64,000 nt of DNA from Adineta vaga (lineage: Eukaryota > Animalia > Rotifera), in NCBI GenBank assembly GCA_021613535.1, contig CP075492.1:15252001-15316000 (forward strand), in the 5' to 3' direction. Made by a program: the position numbers and the translations under genes. The notes beneath the pieces are model-generated. The model did no database searches and was not told where the DNA came from. It worked only from the letters and a program-made list of their open reading frames with translations. Every line of letters begins with the position of its first letter. The first letter of the stretch is position 1. This document shows, piece by piece, positions 13,454 to 26,533 of this stretch.

Positions 13454-14443
13454 AGAATACATTTCTCGATTTTTTGGAGCTGATCAACCGTTAAATTTTG
13501 GCATTTTTTTATGATCCAAATAACATCCTATGTATTTCTCCAAATTTTGAGGAATTACTGATGTTTTATCGCCGACTACTTGATCTTGATTAGGGGATGC
13601 TGTTTTCATAGTTTTATCTATTCAAAACTAACCTGGTAGACATATTTACTCGAAATAGTATCATTGTAGTTGAAATTATATCGATCAAAGTGTAGTTAGG
13701 AAGAGTTTGAGAAGATACCTATCGTGGTGCCTCACTCGTATGTAGTCTACCCGTTAGAAAATCGCAGAATATCTTTAAAGATTTCAACCGATGAATCTAA
13801 TTTGATGTTCCAGTTAGAAGAAGCACATCAAGTTGCACTAGAAAATCACCAAATAGAATAGAGAAAACGCATTCCGCACAATAAAGACCCATGACATCGA
13901 AGATTAACCAATTCAACAACGATATAAATGTGCAGGCGATGGTAAGTTTCTTCATGAGTTACTATGATATAATTCGACGACGAACGTGAATTTTTCAAAG
14001 TTTACGGATTAGCCAATATTTGGTGTCATGAGTCTAAATTTTAGGAAAAGATTTTCTAGTGCAACTTGATGCGCTTCTCCTAACTGTATCATTAGATTGG
14101 ATTCAGCGCGTCGAATAACCAAAGAATGCTGTAGCTTTCCAGATAAGAGCTCACATAACAGTTAATTACCACGACAGGTATCTTCTCAAACTCTTCCTAA
14201 CTACACTTTGATCGATATAATTTCAACTACAATGATACTATTTCGAGTAAATATGTCTACCAGGTTAGTTTTGAATAGATAAAACTATGAAAACAGCATC
14301 TCCTAATCAAGATCAAGTAGTCGGCGATAAAACATCAGTAATTCCTCAAAATTTGGAGAAATACATAGGATGTTATTTGGATCATAAAAAAATGCCAAAA
14401 TTTAACGGTTGATCAGCTCCAAAAAATCGAGAAATGTATTCTT
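13454..14443. mobile_element. Foldback/MITE-like element with long inverted arms
   Basis: 13454-13728 is a near-perfect reverse complement of 14168-14443 (two mismatches seen by eye). A further paired block 13811-13847 / 14050-14086 extends the arms inward. No coding capacity. Confidence 0.8.
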
Positions 14444-14764
14444 CGTGTAGGAGATTATAATTTTTATACACCCTATATAATATAACAAAGTCTTTTCAAG
14501 ATTATTGATCAGTATATTGAGTTGATATCAATAATCAAGTTGAGAGTTAAGCGAGTCAGCCTCGCTGAGTATTTTTTACCAATCGGTACGCATATCAACT
14601 TTCAATCAAATTTTGTAATCTCGACTTTATCGAGTGCTGAAAAACGAAGCCCGGTCTATAGCAGATTGGACTTATTTTTTCTGTAAAGGATAGGTCAAAC
14701 GATTTTCTAGTTTATATTTTGTATGAGCGCGAACACAAGACAATATCAGATCATAGGAGTTTGT

Positions 14765-17700
14765 TCAACTGTTTCGATATCGGAGTGTAATTTGTGACTT
14801 TCCAATATTTCAGATTCCTAATCAAGACAAAAAAGTGAATTAATCAGAGAATTGAGTGTCACTGTAAGATTGCTCACCGGTTTCGAGCAGAAACAGAATA
14901 GTGTCTTCCATGACACTAGTAACGATTTGTCGATATTGTTGGAATTTTTAGTACCTGTCAAATAAAATCACCGATAGAGGGATTTCAATGTTCTGAGAGT
15001 CTTACAAAATACGAATGATCCTAGTACACCAAGAATAAATGTCAGTACAACACCATTCAACGAGTACCAAAACGGAGACATTGAATACAGTAAAAATAAA
15101 GGATTTGAACTAATTAACAAAGAAATATAGTCTTTTCAAATGTATATGGTTCTTCGTACCTGGCAGCAGTTGAAAAAGAAGTTTGAGTTACGTTAAATGG
15201 TGGTACACATCCTTCAATTGAAGTAGGTAATCGTCCATTATGTCTGATATGTGTCTTCATTGTTAAATTAGATCCGATGAGTATCCATATTTGGAACGTC
15301 AGGCAAAGAAAGAAAGCTACGAGAACACTCTACAAACAAAATACAGATCATATTTTTTATTCTCCGAGATCGATTTATTGACTTACTCGACTGTTCACTC
15401 GTGGTACAAAAAATCCCAGGAAAAACATGCCAAGAATAGGAGCCACAAATGCACCAGCAATTTGAAAAACAATCTATAGACAGATGAGTGAAGCAAAAGA
15501 ATCGTTCAACAAGATCCAAATTGTAATTACCACAATAATGTTATCTTTAAGATAAGATACGGCAAAAGCCAGAAAGATTGTAATGAAACCAATAGCGAAT
15601 GCTTTGAAACGAACAGTCAAAATCGAATCAATATTATAATGAACCTGAGCTTACATAAAACTTTCGACAGCTTTGTTTGTTGTTCATCAGACATTGCGTG
15701 TGCTACTGATGTTCGCTTGTAAATGTCTTCGAGAATCACGGTTGCTGCACTGTTCATTCCGCTTGAGACTGTACTCAACGAAGCGCTCAAGATGCATGCA
15801 ATGAACAAACCAGTTACGCCAGGAAATCTGCCGAGTGTTTCAATGACAAATAAGGGATAGAGCTAAGAGTACTCAATAAGAACAAGACTTTCAAATAAAC
15901 GAAAATCATCAAACTTGGTCTGGTTTCGAGATGCGTTTGGCTCGAAGAGGATCACAATCCTTGTATTTTACGTAGAGAAGACACCCGACGATTCCGCACA
16001 GAGAAATTATCAGCACACATAGAACATAATTAATCCAAGCCGCTCTAGAATTTGGCACAAAAGTATTTTGAAAAATACGAGATTTTCGAAGAGCAATACC
16101 GTTGAGCAGATTTTGTATCTTTAACACACATGTATCTTTGTCCTTGTGTTTGTACACATGAAAATATTGCAATACCATAAAAGCTACCAGCAAACCAGAG
16201 ACTCCATAAAGTATATCGAATTGAGGGGTTGAGTGTAACTCTAAAATTAATCATGTATGTCGGTTGATATATTCCATGACTGAATTTTGGTAGAAAACAT
16301 CGAAAAGAAAAATGTCGACTCCTTTCTTGGACATTTTTCTTCTCGGTGTTTCCCACCAAATCCCTATTACTTACTTTTGAAGACCTTAATCAACTTTCGA
16401 TATGATATGGAGAAAGAAACTTTAAAGATAGCACTAACACTCGCTTCAAAAATTATTATTCTGTTCTCATAAAATTAGATTTATTCTGAACGTAGTTCCA
16501 TAAATGCAGTTTTTGCTAAGAGTATTTTCTTTAAATTTGAAAATCTTACTGTACGTACATCTGAGAATGGTTAATTTTGAATGTTTTGTGTCTGTATCTA
16601 TGCCATGAACATATATACAAAAGAGTTGCGCCTCAATTTCCTGGTCTCGTCTTCTGTATCACAAACAACCACCAGATGTTTAGTTCTACTAACAACGAAA
16701 GAGCATGCACTATCATATATTCTCTTAAAATCTTAGAATATGTTACCTTGTACTGTTATGTGCTAAAATACAGTACCCATAAAACCCTAGAATAGGTCAC
16801 ATTGCGTAGATCAAGTCTCAAAATTCGTCCAAAAGTGTTTGGTTGCGCTTTTATTGTTTTGTCGTATATTTCATTCGTTTATATTCTCGGATGAATGTGG
16901 ATGGGTAAATCGTCTATTTCTCTGCATCGAGATTAAAAAATGATTGAGTGAGTGACCGTTTTATAATGGATATTACAATATATTTACACTCGATTCGAGC
17001 AACATTAGATAAATGAATATTTTCAAAGCGTTGACGACAGTGATACCCTCGACAGTGAGAAGTCATACGGAGGATGGCTGTATTGCTCTCAGTATGCATA
17101 TACACAGCGACACGATTAAAATATATCTTCACGTTTCGTGTCTCAAAACTAATTTTAATCATTGTACTTTACTCTTTAATACCCAAGTGTAATCAGTATG
17201 TGTTTCAACACCAGACATCTTAGATTTCTGTTAGATCTGGCGATTGAACAATCAACTCTGATCAAACTTTTGACTTATTTCAAAATTATTATTCCATAAA
17301 CAATCTCGTGAGCGAGAAACGATACCTATGATATTTAGTACGTATTACAAGTAACAATCATTCTTTCCGTTTTCATTGCTTACATGCAGAGGTCAGAAAA
17401 GTACTCGATACTTGACAAATGTAGAATATGATCACGTTATCTTTGACAGTTTTCTGCTATTTGGTGTACTCACAAAGAGCCTTAGAAATTTCGTGTTTTT
17501 ATACGAGTGGATAAAGCAATGATTACTCTGTTAAAGCGTATATGTTTCATCTTTTTTTATTTGAGTGTAGTTCAAAAATTTGAAAAGTATCGAAAAGCGG
17601 CCAAAAGCGTTTCTATCACACAGCAATTTTTAGATCATTTTTCAAGTGATAGTTCTCATCTGTATAGAGCTAAAGGCCAAGCAATGCCACTGGTCAAATG

Positions 17701-19694
17701 TGACAGACCGAAGAAAAAGATGTTATTCTCAGGATTCAAACCACGTACCGTTTGCTGTATGAGAAGATGTTGTAAGCCATTTAGACTAGAAGGGACAATT
17801 ACTCTCCGTTTAGCGTCAGAGTGTATCTTTACTGTCGCCAACATAAAGTCATTTTTCTCTATGACTATTATCTCCTAAGGTACATAAACCTTTTATTTTT
17901 ATACAGAAGAATAGATCTTTCGTTTCTCTGACGCATATTTGACTATAGTGTTCATTTTTCTAATGATTCAAATGGTTTAAATCAGTTTTGATTGGTCGTA
18001 TAAGTAAATTTTTGTGAAAAATAGTACACATTTGATTTTTAATTGAGACAGAAATAAGATATAGTTCAAAAGTAAATATCACTTTTCTTCTCAGTCTCGT
18101 ACTCTCTCTATTTAGTATTTCTGCACAAGAAATTATAATGGACTTCTTCTATTTTTACCGATGGGCAAAGTGTGGGCATTTGAGCACCTGGAAAATTTGA
18201 TAGGTGCTGAGGTGCTGGTGATCCCTGCGTGGAAAGTTCCCCTTGATTTTTACTGATTTTCATTATTATTTAGCTTACTGGCACTGAGATCTGGCAGTAA
18301 AAAAGGTTCGTGTCAGTGCTCTCTGGATCTTATCAAACTTTTGAACTAGACTCAAAACAAAAGAAAATGCATAATATATAGTTTAATAGAGTACTCGATG
18401 TTTTATCCAGTCATATCAAAACAATAAACTTTTAAGGTTCTATGCGAATACAGCAAAACTGTAAAGAATACAACGTGAATATGGCGTACTTTGTACTTTT
18501 ACTTGAATACAGTTGCTTAGTACCACTGAAAATCTTTGCGCGTTTCGAAATATATCGATACTTATACTTAAGTATAAACGAAAAGTACAAGCAAATGTTG
18601 TTGTTGTACTAAAAAAATGTACTCAGCGTTCAACTTTTACTTACACCCAGAATTGCGACCGATCGCTAGCAATTATGGTGTTAAATACTTTTGTTGGGCC
18701 TCCAGCATCGATGAAACCTAAATTTTGTTTTACAAATGAAAATCTAATAGTAGAAGATATAATATATACCAAAAATAATCGATAGAACAATTCCAAGAAA
18801 CATCATTATCGTTTGTGTTACATCGGTCCAAATAACTGCTTTCATTCCACCCTGCAAAATTTCTATTGTCATTATATGATTTTGATTGTTATGAAACTCA
18901 CAATACTCGTATAGAATGTACAAATTATGCCACATGATCCGATCGCTAGCCAAACATTGAGACCAGTAACTTGGCTCAATGCCAAACTAGGTCCGTAGAG
19001 AATAACAGCCATGTATAATGTCTAGATTAATAGAAGTCGACGTATGGATGAACTAGTTTCTACTTTAATGTCACTTACGTAATTGAAAATGAAAGTAATT
19101 GTAACTGTAATACGAACTGGCAATGAAAAGCGATGCTCCAGATACTTCGAATCGATACATGTACAATAGTGATTATATAACTTTATATTCAAGACTTACA
19201 GCATAGATACTGACGCTACCAATATGACGAAAGATAGGTATGAATAACTTCACTGTTACATATGTGCCGATAAACCATGCGAATACTGTTAAAATAACGA
19301 TGATCATAAAAGAAAAGAAGAATGAGCAAGAGTTTACTCACAAAGATGAATATACACTATTCCAAATGCATAAACTTCGGTGGGAGCTCCTAGAATTGTT
19401 GCCGCTGATAAATTCGATGCTAACAAACTCATTGCCGTTGGTAAGACCTGTCAGACAATCTAGTTTTTTCATTGAAAATTAACGAAATGAAATAAAGCAA
19501 TACCTTCATTTTACCATTGGCTGCGAAGAATTCGCTAGTTGTTGTTTGTTTTGACCGAATACAGCCTTGATATATACCAATGACCGCTGATATACCTATC
19601 GATAGTAATTAAACAATACTAAATATTCAATGAATTTATTTATCTTACATAGAAGAATAATAAGAACAGCATAGTCAGTCCAACCGAGATACAT
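14765..19694 (-). CDS. Sodium:solute symporter, SLC5 NIS/SMCT/SMVT-like subfamily (multi-exon)
   Basis: Spliced exons read MYLGWTDYAVLIILL / ISAVIGIYQG...EFFAANGKMK / VLPTAMSLLASNLSAATILGAPTEVY / GGMKAVIWTDVTQ / QTQGQRYMCVK / CDPLRAKRISKPDQ / LSASLSTVSSGMNSAATVILED / APILGMFFLG / RLPTSIEGC. Canonical short introns plus one ~2.4-kb intron (~16242-18643). The last exon boundary is approximate. Confidence 0.9.
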
Positions 19695-20820
19695 CTAGAA
19701 GAAGATATTCATCAATTAGACCGATTAAGTTTCGGAATATCCTATATCTACAATCTCATTGCTACTGCAGTCTCTATTTCTTTTATTGATATCCCAATGA
19801 CAAAGTAGAAGGGTAACCATAATGCTGTTCTTAATGTAGATCATATTCGCTGCACTCTTACATTAGCCATTCGTGTGTTCTATATTACGCACGGTAATAC
19901 ACAATAAACAGGAGCACGAAGAAAAATGAAAGATGAAGAAATGCACGAACGCAACGTACATAATAGGACATCCCCATCGGTGGACCAGCTACGGTGCGAA
20001 AGGGGGGCAAGTACTCTCCTTAAAAATGTTTTACAAGGCAACAAATCTTTATTGTCTCTGACATTGTAAACGTTTTTGAACACTCATGGCTCCATCCGTA
20101 GTATTACACAATCGTATTGACATCTATCATAACCTTTAAATGAATCTTTGAATGACATAAAACTTATAAATAATAGTAAAGCTTATTCCAAGAAAAAGCG
20201 CAAATAACTTCTAGTAAAAACATTCGGATTTAATAAGTGAGGATAATGATGTGACGATTTTTGTGGGAGAGATGTTTGCGCTGTTGGAACTACATCTTCG
20301 TTTATTTCTTCCTGCCAATAATCGCATCGTTCTGATACGGAGCACACGCTTATATACTCGTCCATCAAAGAAAACGAAATAATATAGAAAAAAAATTGAT
20401 TTTTGAGAAAGATTCATTTTCAGTTCGTAATCACCGTTTATATTCAATGGCTTTATCGACATTCGAAAGATACTCATACTCTCTTTATACACCCTTAATA
20501 TGAAAATCTTTAGAATTTTTTCAAATGATTTAGAAATTTTTTGATAAACGCAAGAATTTTGTTGCCAACCTAATATTTACAAAACTTCAATAAATACAGA
20601 CCACTCAAGTCGGACGATTGGGTGTGGAAACGGTTGGTTCCAGCCGGAAAATTACGGTATACTGCTTCGGGAATCATCATCCTGGGCAGAGGTTCTAATA
20701 GAAACTACTGAACCCAACCGAACCGAACAAAGAACCAGAAAAACCCAGTTCTATTCGATTCTGCTACCAATGAAAAAAGAAAAGACGGTAAGTTGGAAAG
20801 TTGGAAGCAGAGTAAAGAAA

Positions 20821-22468
20821 GTGAATAAAAATTTGTCGTTCGTCGTCAGTACCAAATGTATTTCTTAGAATATGATGAATAATCACAAGAAAAAAATATT
20901 AATAGTAAAACGTCTGCTTTGAATACAGTGTTCTCTTTTTTCTGTCTTTGGTGTTTTATGTTCTGTACTGCTTCTTTCTATCGTCCGATAATCACAAAAA
21001 ACAAAATTTCTTTCTTTTTTCTACTTCTCTCAGGTGTTAATAAAGATTTGCTTACGTATATGAGTGTGTGTGTTAGTCTCAAAAAGAATTCTAAATCAGA
21101 TGCATCTTGAAGGTGAAGATGTGAGTGTAGATGGTGGTCTAAGACTGAGCATCTAACGATACAGGCAAGGGTGTGTAAAAGTGTTTTGAGAGCGGTGTGT
21201 GGATGGGCGATTCAAGCAGACTACAACGGGTTCTCACCTGGCTGAACGGTCGTACTAGGTAGTTAAAACTCTGCAACTATATGAAATGATGCAAGTATCG
21301 TAGATCAGCGTGTGAGTGTATCAAAAGCAGAGTGGGACGTATTCTACTCACGAGTCAGAAAAAAGGAATACTGCAGAACCTTTTTGCGGATTCTGCGAGT
21401 GGGTACTATTTAGATTGTTTGCTTGTCCTACCTCTCTTCTGAGAAGAGAACGCATATATATATATATATATCGAGAAAAAATGGAAAAAACCAACATAAC
21501 GATGAACAATAGGAAATTCCCAACTATATATATATATATGAATAATACCACATACATAGAAAGGAAAGGAAGAAGCGAAAGAAAAGAATATGTGTCAGAT
21601 GCCTCGGTCGATGCAGACCCTTTCGTTTATTCCCTGTATCTTCAAACATGTATATGTTTATATAACATTAAACAGAGAAAGAGACTAGAAAGAAATGCAA
21701 TAATATAAATGTATACTGAAATGGTATGTGAGACAAAAAAATAAAAAAACGAGATCACAATGTGAGAAACAAAAATCGAAAAAGAAAAGAGAAACTCAAC
21801 AACAATAAAAAAAGTGAGAAACGAGGAAAATTTTGTAAATATTAATGTTGATTTGATTTTGATGAATGATGTCGATGTTGATGATATTGTGAACGGTAAC
21901 GTGGATAATGATGACGAGCTAGAGATGATGTTCCACTATTTGTTAATTTGTTGTAATGTTGTCTTGTAAAAATATGTCGAGATTAATCTTCATAAATTGA
22001 TAATGATTCCGGTTGACGAACGGCGACGAACCATCTTATCTTGTGTGTTCGTTTCGATACTGTTGTGTTGACGATGTAAACCGGTATTTGATGTTGTTTC
22101 AGGATTAATTTGATTTTTGTAATTGTAAAACGTGAATCAATATCTTCGAAGATCAACTTGTTGCGGTTATATCGTCGACGTTGTTAGACTTTCTGTTTCT
22201 ATTAAAATAAGTGTGCAGTTAATTCTGTTTGATTTTGATTGGTTTGCAGCGATTCCACATTCTTTGCGTATCTAGGTGAACCAAAACTAATGGAATTTCC
22301 TGTTCTGGATGATATATAATCGATTAATCTTGACCTGTTGATGCATAATTATGCTCAAGAATTAAGATAGATTGAGCATTTAATTCATTTATAGAAATAG
22401 TTTCATTCGATGATTTTGTTCGAGATTTCTTCGGTAAAGTTGTTCGTTGTTCAGAGATATTATCGTAA
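20821..22468 (-). mobile_element. Probable decayed Athena/Terminon (Penelope-like) retroelement fragment: disrupted basic/His-rich ORF, 3' non-coding region and hammerhead-like motif
   Basis: Minus strand 22468-21843 reads, with stops and a frameshift, NRNRKSN/RRRYNRNKLIFEDIDSRFTITKIKLILKQHQIP...IFTRQHYNKL...HHYPRYRSQYHQHRHH. This resembles the KR-rich/His-rich accessory ORFs of bdelloid Athena elements (recalled resemblance). CTGACGA lies at 20849-20843 after a TAC..GTA mini-stem. No RT was seen. Confidence 0.4.
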
Positions 22469-23273
22469 GGGTGTGGGAATGGGTGGTAGTAGTATATCAC
22501 TCTAACACCCACCCTTGTATAGCAGCGTGATGGTTAAATATCGTGATCATTTTAAGAATAAGGATCATCAATTGTCTATACACATAGCTTAACTAATTGT
22601 GTTACTTTTGTTCTGACTTCTATCAATTACAATTGAACAATTATCGCAATTGCGATCAAACGTCATAACGAGCAAATGCCCTAAACCCGAATCATCCTTT
22701 ACATACTACTACATAGCCAGTCATATTTCTGATTGTTTCCCTGATGCAAAAATTTCAAAAAATGTTTTTCGAAAAAAAATGGGGAAACTCTTGAATTTAC
22801 TTTTATCCGTTCCATTTTTGTGCTTTTACATCATTAATAACAAAGCTCGAACAAGTATTTGTCTTGCACTTGTCAATTACAACTATTTTTATCAATATTT
22901 ACAAATTATATTTAATCGCTCAGACAATGTAGACGTATCATCTCAGATATTTTCTAAAAAATTAAAAAGCTGCATCAGGATTCATACTTTCTTAATGATT
23001 TTTTTTCAATAGCGACGCATTGTATTAGTTTTTTGTTTATCTCGTGTGTGCCTGATAACGCAACAAAAGGTCAAATAATCACTCTACACATATATGTCTA
23101 CGCAAGGAGATCGACAGAAGGCTACACATATTTTTCTCTTCTTCAGTCAAAGACGCTTCGCGGACGAGAAAAAGAAAAAATAATATTGTTATATACCTAC
23201 TTTCTATGTCAATAATCAACAAGCTACTTGCTTCTATCAGCACATTACTTTCTATGCGTGCGAACGACACATC

Positions 23274-24829
23274 ATGAATATTATTATTTTTTTATGGGTA
23301 TTTACTTCTATCGTCCTGATGGTTGTTTTCATGGTGTACTGGTTATTAGTGCGACCTGAAAAGCGCTCCTATAATGCATTACATTCTCAAGGTGTGCCTG
23401 GGGAACCATATGTACCTATCATTGGTCAACTGCTCGAAATTAATCGTGCTCGAGTCAAGGATGATACATGATTTATTATGAAGAACTGGCGCGAAAACAT
23501 GGACCTGTTTTTCTGATGGGCTTCGGTCCATTGACACGTCTTGTCGTTCTCGAACCTAATTTGCTCGCCGATATTCTTGGTCGATCATATGCTCACTATT
23601 ATAAGAAAGCAAACTTCACCGCAACTGTGTTCAAATCAATAATCGGCACTCACAATCTTCTTGTAAGTGAAGGAGAAAAACATGAGCGAGCTCGAAAGAT
23701 GCTGAATCCAAGTTTTCATTTTGCCAATCTTCAATCGATGGTGTCTGTCATGATTGATCAGACGAGAAAGATGATCGACGAACTTTTTGTGATGAGCGAC
23801 CATCGATCTGTTGATTTGCAGACAGAATTCAGTGCATTGACATTGGCGATTATCGCTTCGTGTGCCTTTGGCAAAGGCTTTGAAACCATTCACAATGCCA
23901 AAGATATTGTGAAACGGACATTCACTGTCGTGCTGGAAGCGATTGAATATCGGACGATGTGTATGATCAACCAACTTCCTTTCTTAGCAGAAATGCCTTT
24001 CTGGCGCAAGCGAATCGTCGATAAAGGTGCTGAAGAAGTAGCGCGTTTTGTTGAGCAGATTATTGCTGATCGTCGACATGGTCGTTCGCAAAGTTTATGC
24101 TCGGGATGTGATATTCTAGACCTACTTCTATCAGCAGTCGATGCGCATGGTCAACCGTTCACCGATGAAGAAGTTAAAGAAGAAGCTCTTACTTTTGTAC
24201 TAGCCGGCCATGAGACAACCGCAAATCTTTTAGCTTGGGCTTTGTACGTATTAATGACCAACGAGCAAGTGATGCGTGCATGTTGCGATGAAATCGATCA
24301 TGTGCTTCCCGATGGTATTGAGCCCACTTCTGAAAACATCAGTAATCTGCCGGTATGCGAAGCTGTCTTGCAAGAAACTCTGCGTCTCTATCCACCAGCA
24401 CCATTTTTCGCACGAAATTGCATACGTGAACATACTATCGGTAGCGAAGGTGGGTATCGATTGCGTATCCCAGTAAACACGACTATTTTCGTCAATACTT
24501 ATGTTCTCCATCGAAGATCCGAATTCTGGTCTCGACCACTTGAGTTTGATTATACTCGTTGGATGCGGGATCCTATCACTGGTCAAAAACCAAAGTTAGC
24601 TCATCCTTTTTGTTATTTACCATTCGCTGCTGGGCCACGCAATTGCATTGGAAAGAATTTTGCATTGCTTGAAGGCAAAGTTTTATTAGCGATGTTATTG
24701 AAACGATGTCTTTTCGAACTTGAACCAGGGCAAACAGTGACACCTGATATGCGCATTGCCATGCGACCTAAATACGGTTTGCGGGCACGAGTCAGCAAAC
24801 GACAGGCTGCTATGTCTACTGAAGATTAA
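23274..24829 (+). CDS. Cytochrome P450 (intronless, one frameshift at ~23465)
   Basis: N-terminal TM helix and GVPGEP hinge in ORF 23274-23471, continuing in ORF 23468-24829 with AGHETT, ETLR and FAAGPRNCIG. The frame change at GATGATACATGATT cannot be explained by an intron. Confidence 0.9.
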
Positions 24830-25649
24830 AGAAAGTTACTTGAGGTAGTTTGAGTGTAGTGGTGCGTTGTGCAGGATGTTAGAAAACGTTTAGGCTTCCT
24901 TTTTGCAACTCAAAGAATAAATAATGTACTCGAACATTTTGTACCAGTCGATGTAATACATAGCGCTCGTCAAGGATGACTCGTGACATATCAATCGATA
25001 GACTATTAGACAATAAGTAACACTAATTCAATGCATTGGCGTAGTCTTTTCTGAAATAGTTAGACGAGTATTCTGAGCGTTCTTATATTCAATAACATCA
25101 TGATTTCACACACTATCATTATTATCACGTAATATTATTTTCATTTCATCATTTTCTTGTAGATATTTAAAAACCATTACTTCGTGAATTGTATGGTGTA
25201 CACAACTAAGATTCAGACATGGATACGAAAAGCACAGTAATCAGTATGCAGAAAATATTAAAGAAACAAGCCAACATCTATGCAACTTTCTAAGCACAAT
25301 CATCATGGCTATATCGTTGTTTGTACAAGAAACCGAAATGAGATCTCTCGAATGCTTCGTTGCATATTGCACGTTGATTGGTGTAGTTAGATGAATGGCA
25401 TACGGCTGAGATCACATCCACGCACTACCTTAAAGGATAATAGTTTTTCGAAATGCAACTCAGATATTTTAGATCCACGTAATCAGATAAATATCAGGAA
25501 GTAACGTTACCTTCGCGTTAACCAAACACACTCCATTATGTCCACATTGTCACTAAGAGTTATTTTTACCTGATAGATTGATTCATTCGATAGCTCTTCA
25601 AGCATCAAGACTCTCACATATTGCATCAATGATAAGTCTCTCAAATCAA

Positions 25650-25706
25650 CGTCTAATCGTTTGATGACCTCCCTCCGGTCGGTCGGTCATTCACAATCAG
25701 CCGTTT
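25650..25706 (+). repeat. Third copy of the GC-rich hairpin motif
   Basis: CGTCTAATCGTTTGATGACCTCCCTCCGGTCGGTC. Confidence 0.75.
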
Positions 25707-26533
25707 CGATTCACGGTTTATTCTTAGGTTCACCATAAGTTAAATTCGAGTTGTAACACACGAGAACGAATTCATCTTTCATACATTGATAGGTATCTAA
25801 ACAACTGAGACTTAGTAACAAATAAAAATATATGTGTATTTCACATAACAATCTGAAGTGAATATAGTCCACGCAATTCGCACATAGATATAGAAAGATC
25901 GACTAAAGCAGCAACTCCAATTACCTCGAACATCTCGCTCTTCAACACATGCATATAATGACATGTTAGGATCTAATAGTACCCTCCCCCTAATACAGAA
26001 ATCGATTAGCTACGGATGTCCTGATAAAATCGGTTTTCTGAAAGACTTACGTTTTTCGTTGAAGATCTTTGAACTTTGACATGGTACACATTCAAATCAT
26101 GGATTTCAGTCAATAAACGCTGTGTAAAAGGGTATAACCGTATGAATGAGAATTGATTGGATTGGATTCAGTTCGAATGAGATCCAGAGAACTATATTGA
26201 TATTTCTTCTTCTGACAAATTTGCTGTAAACTGTTCTGTATATTATTACCAATCTTCACAATCTTATACTGATTATAGAACTACTCTTATGTAAGAAAAT
26301 TTTCTCTTTCAGAGGAATTTTTTACTTTAATTTCTCTCGCTCACTCCATACTCAGCTAAGTTCTCATGTCCACTGTGAAACATGTATTGCTAAAAGGCAA
26401 GAATGTGATTAGTAAACTTATTTATATTTTACGATTTTAGATCAGTTTGCCTTTTAATTGATTTATCTTTAATCTCGATAAATTACAAGAGATTTGTTTT
26501 ATGGTCAATCAATTCATAGTTTGATTCGAAGGG

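Noticed and set aside
16242-18643. Short ORFs in the large SLC5 intron as nested genes or a transposase
   Set aside because: No recognisable motifs; they look like decayed non-coding TE sequence.
23454-23483. Micro-intron to explain the P450 frameshift (similarly at 46690-46712 in the synthase)
   Set aside because: The candidate GT..AG spans are only 23-30 nt, well below the ~50-nt minimum seen elsewhere in this window, and the P450 one would not restore the frame.
23636-24798. Antisense and alternate-frame ORFs over the P450 (likewise over the oxidase, synthase and 59395-60969)
   Set aside because: They are shadows of strong coding regions with no motifs of their own.
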